A stretch of 64,000 bases of DNA from positions 1,824,001 through 1,888,000 of the forward strand of contig OY762964.1 in assembly GCA_963667035.1 (NCBI GenBank), in the 5' to 3' direction. This document shows positions 20,520 through 28,977 of the stretch, piece after piece. The DNA comes from Candidatus Cloacimonadales bacterium (GTDB lineage Bacteria; Cloacimonadota; Cloacimonadia; Cloacimonadales; JAFGVF01). Under the pieces are notes generated by a model. The model saw nothing but the letters and a program-made list of their open reading frames with translations. It ran no database searches and was not told where the DNA came from. Position numbers and translations under genes: made by a program. Position 1 is the stretch's first letter; every line of letters begins with the position of its first letter.

Positions 20520-20535
20520 GTTAGGCTTAACTAAC
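20520..20535 (+). promoter_or_regulatory. Second DtxR-family-like operator, between feoA and feoB
   Basis: GTTAGGCTTAACTAAC, the same GTTAG-N6-CTAAC frame as the upstream site. Confidence 0.6.
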
Positions 20536-20548
20536 TAATGGAGACTTT

Positions 20549-22633
20549 ATGAGTTTATATAAAATCGCTTTAGCAGGAAACCCGAACAGCGGGAAAACTA
20601 CTATTTTTAACAACCTTACAGGTGCCAAACAGAAAACCGGTAACTATCCGGGCGTTACGGTAGAGAAGAAAACCGGAAACTGTACTATTCAAAATAAGAA
20701 GATTGAAGTTATTGATTTACCAGGAACATATAGCTTATCAGCTAACTCGCCTGAAGAAATAATAGCTAGAGATGTAATAATTAATGAAAAACCTAACCTT
20801 GTTGTAGATATCATTGATTCTACGAATCTGGAAAGAAGCCTCTATCTGGCAGTTCAGTTAGCTGAGTTGAGAGTGCCATATTTACTGGTCTTAAACATGT
20901 GGGATGAGTTCGAAGCTAACAAGATGAAGCTTGCAGTACATAAATTGGAGACTCTCTTTGACACGGAAGTAATTTGTACAATCGGTCACAAGAATAAATC
21001 CATGGAGGATTTGAAACAGGCAATCATAAAGCATTTGGATGTAAAGTGTAACTTTGTGCCGACATATTCATCCAAAACAGAATCCATTATTAGTGAGATT
21101 GTTCGTTTTATAGGTACAAGTGACAAGGTAGATAGCAGGTGGATAGCTCTTAAGTATATCGAGAAAGAGCAAGAGACAATAGAGAGTTATGTTAACAGGT
21201 CAACAAAAGAGATAGAGATTAAATCCGTATTACAGACTCAGTTGCCGGATGTAACGGAAGAAAGATATTCATTGATAAATAGAATCTGCAAGGAAAGCGG
21301 ATTTTGTAGTAATCAGGGTAAAAAGACTTTAACCGATAAAATAGATTCAATAATCACAAACAAATATCTGGGAATACCTATATTTTTTACCTTAATGTAT
21401 CTGGTATTCAAGCTTACATTCGTAGTGGGAGACCCATTCATGGGTTGGATAGAAGAAGGAATGGGAGCGTTAGGAGATTTGATTAGTGGATTTTGGTCTG
21501 AAGAAAGTGACAGTTTGCTTAGATCACTCCTGGTAGATGGTGTAATTGGAGGAGTAGGGGGTGTTTTAGTTTTTCTTCCAAACATTCTTTTACTCTTCCT
21601 TGCCATTGCACTTCTGGAAGGAACCGGATACATGGCAAGAGCCTCATTTATTATGGATAGGCTAATGAAGTCACTTGGCTTGCACGGAAACAGTTTCATA
21701 CCAATGCTAATCGGATTCGGATGTACTGTCCCTGCTATTATGGCAACCAGAACCTTACCAAATAAAAAGGACAGATTTACAACAATCATGGTTGCCCCTC
21801 TGATGAGTTGCGGAGCAAGATTGCCAATCTATGCTCTGCTGATACCTGCTTTCTTTGTTGAAAAATATCAGGCTTTAGTATTATGGAGCATATACCTTGC
21901 AGGTATAATACTTGCTATAATCTTTGCCAAAATACTTAGAAGCTCCGTTTTCAAGGGAGAATCAGACACTTATATTCTGGAATTACCACCATATAGAATC
22001 CCAACATTAAAATCTATCCTGTTACAAATGTGGTCTAGAGCTTTAATCTACTTACAGAAAGCAGGGACAATCATTTTATGGATCTCCATAATAATGTGGG
22101 TATTCATCACTTTCCCTAAATCAGATAAAATAGATAAGCAATATGAGCAGAGTGTTGCGTCCGTTATGAATCAGAATCTCTCTGACGATAAGAAGAGTGA
22201 AGCTTTAGAACAACTTGAAATGCAGTATCAGTCTGATGTCTTGGCATATTCAATTACAGGAAGAATAGGAAAAGCACTTGAGCCGGCTATCAAACCTCTT
22301 GGTTTTGATTGGAAAATAGGCTCTGCATTAATAGGAGCATTTGCTGCAAAAGAAGTCTTTGTTTCCCAATTGGGAATCGTTTACTCAGTAGGAGAAGCAG
22401 ATGAAGAATCTGAGACCTTGAGGGAAAAGCTACAATCAAATTATACAGTTCTTCAAGCCATCTCAATAATCCTCTTCTGTCTTATCAGTGCCCCTTGTAT
22501 GGCGACTATAGCAGTAACCAAACGTGAGACTAATTCATGGAAGTGGGCATTATTCCAACTGGCAGGCTTAACAGTAGTCGCTTATGTCATATCTCTATTG
22601 GTATATCAATTAGGTAATCTCATAATCGGTTAG
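20549..22633 (+). CDS. feoB: Ferrous iron transport protein B
   Basis: GNPNSGKTT, GNYPGVTVE, DLPGTYS, GFGCTVPA, MSCGARLP, ELPPYRIP. Confidence 0.97.
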   Translation: MSLYKIALAGNPNSGKTTIFNNLTGAKQKTGNYPGVTVEKKTGNCTIQNKKIEVIDLPGTYSLSANSPEEIIARDVIINEKPNLVVDIIDSTNLERSLYLAVQLAELRVPYLLVLNMWDEFEANKMKLAVHKLETLFDTEVICTIGHKNKSMEDLKQAIIKHLDVKCNFVPTYSSKTESIISEIVRFIGTSDKVDSRWIALKYIEKEQETIESYVNRSTKEIEIKSVLQTQLPDVTEERYSLINRICKESGFCSNQGKKTLTDKIDSIITNKYLGIPIFFTLMYLVFKLTFVVGDPFMGWIEEGMGALGDLISGFWSEESDSLLRSLLVDGVIGGVGGVLVFLPNILLLFLAIALLEGTGYMARASFIMDRLMKSLGLHGNSFIPMLIGFGCTVPAIMATRTLPNKKDRFTTIMVAPLMSCGARLPIYALLIPAFFVEKYQALVLWSIYLAGIILAIIFAKILRSSVFKGESDTYILELPPYRIPTLKSILLQMWSRALIYLQKAGTIILWISIIMWVFITFPKSDKIDKQYEQSVASVMNQNLSDDKKSEALEQLEMQYQSDVLAYSITGRIGKALEPAIKPLGFDWKIGSALIGAFAAKEVFVSQLGIVYSVGEADEESETLREKLQSNYTVLQAISIILFCLISAPCMATIAVTKRETNSWKWALFQLAGLTVVAYVISLLVYQLGNLIIG

Positions 22634-22642
22634 GAGGAAGTA

Positions 22643-22795
22643 ATGTTAGAAATAATTTCAATAATCATTATTGTTTTGATATCTGTACTATTGCTGGCTA
22701 AATCTCTCCTCAAAAAGGATAAAAAAATCACAGCGTGTAGTAGTTGCATCTACAAAGACAAATCTCACAGTTGCAGTTGCGGAGTTAAACAGTGA
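22643..22795 (+). CDS. FeoB-associated Cys-rich small membrane protein, 50 aa (absent from the ORF track)
   Basis: AGGAGG RBS; MLEIISIIIIVLISVLLLAKSLLKKDKKITACSSCIYKDKSHSCSCGVKQ; its TGA overlaps the next GTG. Confidence 0.85.
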   Translation: MLEIISIIIIVLISVLLLAKSLLKKDKKITACSSCIYKDKSHSCSCGVKQ

Positions 22796-23124
22796 AAGTA
22801 TTCTATCATCATATCTACGAGTACAATAAAGGGATTAGAGATCTAATTCTACATACACTCCCCAAGAGGTATGAGAAGCTTGTAAGGTTGAAACTTGAGA
22901 GCCAAAACATAGATTACATAATCCGGGAAATATCCAAAGATATGATTAATGTGTTCTTTGGCAATAAGAGCTGTGTTGAGCTCATAAACACATTTGGGAA
23001 TAAGCCTCTGGATGAATTCTCATTAGAGGAAGACTTCATTCTTGGAGTAATGCTTGGCTACAACCGACTTCAACAGGTTGAAAGATTTCTGAATAGAAAG
23101 CAATCAATAAATGAAATAGCATAA
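22792..23124 (+). CDS. DUF2023 family protein
   Basis: HHIYEYNKGIR, INVFFG, EEDFILGVMLGY; sits beside a flavodoxin gene. Confidence 0.8.
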   Translation: MKVFYHHIYEYNKGIRDLILHTLPKRYEKLVRLKLESQNIDYIIREISKDMINVFFGNKSCVELINTFGNKPLDEFSLEEDFILGVMLGYNRLQQVERFLNRKQSINEIA

Positions 23125-23147
23125 TAAATCAATATATAGGAGGAACA

Positions 23148-23582
23148 ATGAAAACAATTGTTCTTTATGGTAGCACGACCGGTAACAATGAACTAATCGC
23201 CGGGATAATCAATGAAACCCTAATTAAGATGGGATTCGAAGTAGTATTAAAGAATGTCGCGACAGCAAATTCTTCCGAACTAACTGACTATGATCTAATA
23301 GTTATAGGTTCTTCCACATGGGGAGACGGAGAGTTGCAAGATGATATGGTTGAGTTTAGCAGGGAAATGAAGAACATCAACTTATTGGGAAAGAAAGCAA
23401 CAGCATTCGGTTGTGGAGATGATAGCTGGCCGAACTTCTGCACCGCTCCCGATATTCTAGACAGGCAACTAATTAATTGTGGAGCAAATATTGTAGCTAA
23501 ACCTCTAAAAGTTAACGGTTCCGCTACGGATTCTGAAGATACAATTAAGCAATGGGCTAAAGAATTAGCCATGAGCATATAG
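23148..23582 (+). CDS. Flavodoxin (short chain)
   Basis: YGSTTGN, GSSTWGDGELQDD, AFGCGD, FC. Confidence 0.93.
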   Translation: MKTIVLYGSTTGNNELIAGIINETLIKMGFEVVLKNVATANSSELTDYDLIVIGSSTWGDGELQDDMVEFSREMKNINLLGKKATAFGCGDDSWPNFCTAPDILDRQLINCGANIVAKPLKVNGSATDSEDTIKQWAKELAMSI

Positions 23583-23604
23583 TGTATAATAAGGAGAGCT
23601 AATC

Positions 23605-24645
23605 ATGAATATCTGGGAATTGGATTTATCGCTAAGAATGTTGCTTTTTAAGATGTATGTTACTCAAAAGGATTTCGATAAAGTATATTTAAAAAGCAAA
23701 AGCCTTGTTAAACCTCTAATAGATTCTGATTGGCTCTCCTATCTTCTTAAGTACACCTCTTTTGAGACGATAATTGCCACTAAACTACAGAATAGACTGG
23801 ATATTAAATACTTAGTGGATATAAATAGCTTAAACTCTACAGACAACCTAAGAATGAAAATCTGGTCTAAAGTCAGATATGATACAGGCACTCATCATAT
23901 TCCTGAAGTAATGGATTTTATTGTTCAGATACTTGAGAGTTCAGAGAGACACACTCTTGAGCTTGAAAGATTTCGGAAAAATACTATTAAAGCTAAGGAT
24001 GAGATCAGATTGCTTAATTCTAAAAACAGAATCCTCAATACATCTATGAAATCACTTAAAGCAGAGGTAAAAGCTCTCAATGTTAAGATTAACTCAAAGA
24101 CATCAACAGATTCTTCTTATAAAGAGTTAAAAGAAGAAGTTGCAAAACGAAAGAGTGAGAACAATCATCTTCAATATCTTTTAAGTGCAAGAAACGAGTC
24201 TTACGAAAAACTCAAATCACGGCACAAGAGGTTGATGAAGGAGTTGTTTAACACAAGTAACCAGAACTCGAACTCATCAGGGTGTATGAAGCAACCAAAG
24301 GTAAGTTTCGGAGATGATGAATGTGTGAATTGTGACAACTTCGATCTTTGCCTAAAAAAAATTCTTATTGTTGGAGGAATAGACCGTATGGTTCCTCATT
24401 ATAAACAAACAATTGAAGATATGGGCGGAGAAGTAAGATTTCACACAGGCAAAAATCGCTCAATGGGTTCAAGCTTTCTATCGTTGGTAAAATGGGCTGA
24501 TATAGTTCTGTGTCCCGTAAGTGTAAACAGTCATAATGCCTGCTTACAAGCTAAAAAAGAGTGTAAAAGACTAGATAAAGAGTTTGTTTGGCTTCCTTCC
24601 ACGGGAATATCGGCAATTAAAAAAACACTAACCGCTTATAACTAA
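23605..24645 (+). CDS. Coiled-coil protein with Cys cluster and C-terminal DUF2325-like domain
   Basis: Central coiled coil, CVNCDNFDLC, ILIVGG, ADIVLCPVSVNSHNAC, AKKECKR. Confidence 0.72.
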   Translation: MNIWELDLSLRMLLFKMYVTQKDFDKVYLKSKSLVKPLIDSDWLSYLLKYTSFETIIATKLQNRLDIKYLVDINSLNSTDNLRMKIWSKVRYDTGTHHIPEVMDFIVQILESSERHTLELERFRKNTIKAKDEIRLLNSKNRILNTSMKSLKAEVKALNVKINSKTSTDSSYKELKEEVAKRKSENNHLQYLLSARNESYEKLKSRHKRLMKELFNTSNQNSNSSGCMKQPKVSFGDDECVNCDNFDLCLKKILIVGGIDRMVPHYKQTIEDMGGEVRFHTGKNRSMGSSFLSLVKWADIVLCPVSVNSHNACLQAKKECKRLDKEFVWLPSTGISAIKKTLTAYN

Positions 24646-24662
24646 ACACTTTTGGAGTATAG

Positions 24663-25676
24663 ATGAAAAAACTTCTAACTATATTTTTACTAATATTATC
24701 CATTTCTATGATATTTGCCATAGAGAAACCAAATATACACGCATCAATTATGCTTGATGCAAAATACTATGATGGTGAATCGGCAAATAAAGGCTTTTAC
24801 GATACATCAAACAGATTCCAAGTCAGGAAAGCAGCTGTAAATCTTGATGGAAATCTGGCTAAGTACATGAACTATGAGCTTGAGTTCGGCATTTCTACCT
24901 GTCAAGGGGCAGGGATAGATTTCAAACTTATGGATGCAACTCTAGAATATGAACTACCATTGAACACTGTGATAGCAGTTCAACAAGGTCATATTCTTAG
25001 AGGAATAGCAGGAGTAACCGAGTGCAGCGATAGAATGACAATGGAAAAACCGGTATTCTTCACTTCTCTCTTTAACTGTCATCCAACGGGCATACTGGTG
25101 AAGACTATTCAAGAATTAGGTGCCGAATCAGAGCTTGAGGTAGAAGCTGCCTTCATGAATGGAGGTAACTCCACAATGGATGATGAATGGGATTATAACT
25201 ACGGTATGACATATAGGACTCCGGTTACAGGACTTGCTATCACCGGTGTTTATAATCATATAGGACGCAAATATTACAATACCCTGGGTCAGAATTATTC
25301 AAGAGCCGGATATAGAGCAATAGGCGGACTTGAATATATCAACTACAATCTTGCCGCTACAGGCGAATACTACAAGGCAAAAGGCTACCTCACAAAGGAC
25401 AACGAAATTGAAGCTTGGTATATGATGTTGGGGTATGCCTTAAAAGTAAACAGTGACCGATTAAAAGCGATACAGCCGTATGCCATGTATGAATATTGGG
25501 ATAAGGAAGCTGAAAATGATATAGATAGTGAATACACTTATCTAAATATCGGTCTTAACTTCTCTTTGAACAAATACACTAAGCTAAGATTTGCCTATAA
25601 AACCGAGTTAGAGAACCCGAGCGGAGTCACCAATACGCCGGACAGTGCCATCATGAGACTCCAATTGGTTTATTAG
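24663..25676 (+). CDS. Outer-membrane porin (OprO/OprP-like beta-barrel)
   Basis: Signal peptide, RFQVRKAAVNLDG, LMDATLEY, amphipathic strands, C-terminal RLQLVY. Confidence 0.7.
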   Translation: MKKLLTIFLLILSISMIFAIEKPNIHASIMLDAKYYDGESANKGFYDTSNRFQVRKAAVNLDGNLAKYMNYELEFGISTCQGAGIDFKLMDATLEYELPLNTVIAVQQGHILRGIAGVTECSDRMTMEKPVFFTSLFNCHPTGILVKTIQELGAESELEVEAAFMNGGNSTMDDEWDYNYGMTYRTPVTGLAITGVYNHIGRKYYNTLGQNYSRAGYRAIGGLEYINYNLAATGEYYKAKGYLTKDNEIEAWYMMLGYALKVNSDRLKAIQPYAMYEYWDKEAENDIDSEYTYLNIGLNFSLNKYTKLRFAYKTELENPSGVTNTPDSAIMRLQLVY

Positions 25677-25686
25677 GAGCTGAATT

Positions 25687-26562
25687 ATGAAACATTTGTT
25701 AATAATGATGTTACTGCTATCATCACTTCTATATGCAGAAGAGATTGTTATGTATCCATCCGATGACATGTATACTGATGCTGAACACCCGGGTACTCCC
25801 CCATCTACAACTGAGCTATGGACAGGGAATTATTCTCCTGCAGGTCATTTTGAGAGAACCATGATAAAGTTCGACCTGTCTCAACTCGAAGGATATGAGG
25901 TGGAGAGTGCAAACTTAAGACTCACTCGTTTCTTCAGTTGCCCTTCGGGAGGGACAACAGCAACGATAATCTATCCTCTTACTCAAGACTGGAATGAAAC
26001 TACTTGGCCGTCAACGCAACATGTCTCTTATGATGCCACAATCGGTTATCCTTATGTATTCTCCGGACCTGGTAATACTGTTGATTATGAATTCAATGTT
26101 AATATAACGGAACTTGTTCAGTTGTGGGCTGCGGAAGTAATTGACAATCACGGATTGTTAATCAAAGCTAATGCCAATAACAAATTTAGTAAATTCTACT
26201 CCAAGGAGTATTCTAACACTTCATTCAGGCCTGAGCTAACTGTAAATGCTAATCCTGTAAGCAATGAAGAAGAGACTATATCAACTGTCATTTCATATAT
26301 CGGTAACTATCCTAATCCTTTCAATCCTTCAACATCAATTGAGTTAAACCTGAAGGAGAAATCAGAAGTCTCAATAAGTATCTTTGATATTAAAGGGAGA
26401 AGAATAAACACCTTAGTGAATGATGTGCTTTCTTCCGGTAGACATTTATTTAAATGGAATGGTATTGATTCTAACGGTAAAGCACTACCAAGTGGAATTT
26501 ATCTCTATCGAGTAAAAACATATAACTCGGTTATAACGAAAAAAATGACCTTAATGAAGTAA
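25687..26562 (+). CDS. Secreted DNRLRE/CBM96-like domain protein with FlgD/T9SS-like C-terminal domain
   Basis: Signal peptide; DMY, IKFDLS, SANLRL, WNETTW, ITELVQ.W, NHGLLIK, FYSKE, RPELTV; then NYPNPFNPST...WNG...SGIYLY...KKMTLMK. Confidence 0.8.
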   Translation: MKHLLIMMLLLSSLLYAEEIVMYPSDDMYTDAEHPGTPPSTTELWTGNYSPAGHFERTMIKFDLSQLEGYEVESANLRLTRFFSCPSGGTTATIIYPLTQDWNETTWPSTQHVSYDATIGYPYVFSGPGNTVDYEFNVNITELVQLWAAEVIDNHGLLIKANANNKFSKFYSKEYSNTSFRPELTVNANPVSNEEETISTVISYIGNYPNPFNPSTSIELNLKEKSEVSISIFDIKGRRINTLVNDVLSSGRHLFKWNGIDSNGKALPSGIYLYRVKTYNSVITKKMTLMK

Positions 26563-26563
26563 C

Positions 26564-27022
26564 ATGAAACGATTAATGAACCTATCGCTGATACTGTCTT
26601 TTAGTTTACTAACGGCAATTGATTTTAAACACAATGAGAAACTAATATCATCTGTTCTTAAACTTGATCCTAATAGCTTTCGTGCTGATCCTGAAGGAAT
26701 TTACACTCCCATTGAAAGCAAAGACTATCAGTATTTGATTTTTACTAATGACTTCTCAGAGATATATGGATTTAATGGACTGACAAATGTCGCTGTCTTC
26801 CTCGATAGTACTTTTGCGGTAACAAACCTTAGTATTGTCGAAAGCGAGGATACACGTACCTATGTCAGAAGAGTAAAACGTAGGAAATTCCTTAATCAGT
26901 TTATTGGCTTTGGGTATAGTGGTGATATTGTGCCTGTTACAGGTGCAACAATAACTTCCGATGCTGTTAAAGAATCCGTAAAAACAAGCATTAATAAACT
27001 GAAACAACTCATTAAGAATTAG
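26564..27022 (+). CDS. Exported FMN-binding domain protein
   Basis: Signal peptide, GFNG, FLNQFIG and VTGATITSDAV (the [ST]GA[ST] flavinylation motif). Confidence 0.82.
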   Translation: MKRLMNLSLILSFSLLTAIDFKHNEKLISSVLKLDPNSFRADPEGIYTPIESKDYQYLIFTNDFSEIYGFNGLTNVAVFLDSTFAVTNLSIVESEDTRTYVRRVKRRKFLNQFIGFGYSGDIVPVTGATITSDAVKESVKTSINKLKQLIKN

Positions 27023-27027
27023 TACCG

Positions 27028-27077
27028 AGAGCTTGCCACTTATCCGCTTTCTCTCTCCGGCAAGCTCTATTTTTCTT
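27028..27077 (+). terminator. Terminator-like hairpin ending the feo operon
   Basis: AGAGCTTGCC ... GGCAAGCTCT (10-bp stem, 21-nt loop) followed by ATTTTTCTT. Confidence 0.6.
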
Positions 27078-27165
27078 ATGAACGTCAATTAATTAATAAT
27101 AAACAATAAAACAACTACCAATATGATGGTTTTGGAATCATTCTGATCATTTTAAGGAAGAATAT

Positions 27166-28977
27166 ATGGAAATTCTTTGGTCCTTTGTAAAGGGGAAAAA
27201 ACTCCAATTTATTATGACAGCAATCTTAGCTACAATTGGAGCTATATTATCAATTTTCCCATTTGTATTAATCTATAAACTTATCTCTCTATTTATGGAA
27301 AAAGGTAAGAATATTACAATTGAAGAAATTACGACTATTCTGCTAATAACAATGGGAGCTATACTTTTAAAGTACTTATTTACTATAGCGTCGTTTGTTT
27401 TTAGCCATATTGCAGCTTTCGATCTCTTATACTCTCTAAGAACAAAGCTTACGACTCATCTTGGTAAGCTCCCGATGGGATTCTGGACAAAAAATAGCTC
27501 AGGCAAAGTACGCAAAATAATCCAAGAAGATGTTGAGCGAATAGAGCTCTTTGTAGCTCATCATTTACCTGATACAATATCCGGTGTAGCATTACCACTA
27601 GTAACAGTTATTTTCCTAGCCTTTATTGATTGGAGAATGGCTTTAGTTACTTTAATTCCCCTTCCAATAGGTTTTTTAATGGTCAAACTGATGTATTCAG
27701 GCGTTGCAATGAGTGAAGGTGGTAGAAAGGAGTTATGGGAAAGGTATCATAAATCTGTCGAAGATATGCACTCAACTATTGTTGAATTTGTTGAAGGGAT
27801 GCCTGTTGTTAAAGCTTTTACGATGACTGTACGCTCTTTTCAAAGACTACAATCGTCTGTATATAGCTATAGAGATTTCACAGTTAAAATGTCAAAAACA
27901 CAAACTCCGTTTTATGCAGTTTTTACTGCAATGACTATCGGAGGAGGACTCTTTATTATCCCCTTTGGCTTGTATTTTATGAAATCAGGATCGTTAGATA
28001 TACCAACTTTTTTAATGTTTCTTACTCTTGGTTGTGGTTGTTTTCATCAATTTGTCAAAGTAATGATGATTACAGGACATATGGAGATTATCTTTGCAGG
28101 GGGAAGAAGAATAGATTCTATTCTTAAAGAAATACCACTATCGGAACCCTCAATTCCACAGATACCCGAAGCGAAAACAATTCAAATATCCAATCTAAGT
28201 TTTAAATATGATAAGAAGGGTAGAGATATTCTGAAAGATATAAATCTTACTATTCCGGAGAACAGCTTTGTTGCAATAGTCGGACCTAGTGGCTCAGGTA
28301 AGTCTACAATGGTTAATTTGATAGCTAGAATGTGGGATGTTTCAGTTGGTAGCATCTCGATTGGAGAAAAGAATTTAAAGGATATTGGTACTTATGGGAT
28401 TAATCAAATAGTTGGAACTGTGTTTCAAGAAGTTAAAATCCTTACCGACACAGTATTCAATAATATAAGAATGGATAAAACTGATGCTTCTATTGAAGAG
28501 GTTATCAATGCTGCTAAAATAGCAAATGTACACGATTTTATCAGGCAATTACCAAAGGGATACGATACGGTAATCGGCGAAGGAGGAGAAGCTCATCTTA
28601 GTGGAGGTGAAAAACAACGAATTTCTTTAGCAAGAGTAGCTTTGAAAAATCCACCAATAGTTCTTCTTGATGAAGCAAGTTGCTATGCGGATGCCGATAA
28701 TGAAGTCAAGATTCAGCAAGCATTCTCAAAACTAATGAAGAATAAGACGGTTGTAGTAATTGCACATCGATTATCCACTATTGTAAAAGCTGATAAAATA
28801 ATCGTGGTTAATAATGGAAGAATTGATGAATCTGGAACCCACTTCGAATTATTAAAAAAGAACGGGCTCTATGCCAGAATGTGGAAGATACATACTCGCT
28901 CTTCGGATTGGAAAATTGAAAATAAACAGAAAAATCTGTTTGAAGCTACACAAGAAGGAGGGAATCATGAAGAATAG
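27166..28977 (+). CDS. ABC transporter fused permease/ATPase (YbtP/IrtA-like half)
   Basis: TM domain with SHIAAF and ELFVAHHLPD; GPSGSGKST, LSGGEKQRI, LLDEA. Confidence 0.9.
   Translation: MEILWSFVKGKKLQFIMTAILATIGAILSIFPFVLIYKLISLFMEKGKNITIEEITTILLITMGAILLKYLFTIASFVFSHIAAFDLLYSLRTKLTTHLGKLPMGFWTKNSSGKVRKIIQEDVERIELFVAHHLPDTISGVALPLVTVIFLAFIDWRMALVTLIPLPIGFLMVKLMYSGVAMSEGGRKELWERYHKSVEDMHSTIVEFVEGMPVVKAFTMTVRSFQRLQSSVYSYRDFTVKMSKTQTPFYAVFTAMTIGGGLFIIPFGLYFMKSGSLDIPTFLMFLTLGCGCFHQFVKVMMITGHMEIIFAGGRRIDSILKEIPLSEPSIPQIPEAKTIQISNLSFKYDKKGRDILKDINLTIPENSFVAIVGPSGSGKSTMVNLIARMWDVSVGSISIGEKNLKDIGTYGINQIVGTVFQEVKILTDTVFNNIRMDKTDASIEEVINAAKIANVHDFIRQLPKGYDTVIGEGGEAHLSGGEKQRISLARVALKNPPIVLLDEASCYADADNEVKIQQAFSKLMKNKTVVVIAHRLSTIVKADKIIVVNNGRIDESGTHFELLKKNGLYARMWKIHTRSSDWKIENKQKNLFEATQEGGNHEE

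Noticed and set aside
22793..22795. Selenocysteine read-through of the Cys-rich peptide's TGA
   Set aside because: The TGA is part of a standard GTGA overlap with the next gene, and no SECIS-like hairpin was recognised.
28871..28966. N-terminal extension of the second ABC gene given in the ORF track
   Set aside because: It lies inside the upstream CDS; the ATG at 28967 has a GGAGG RBS.
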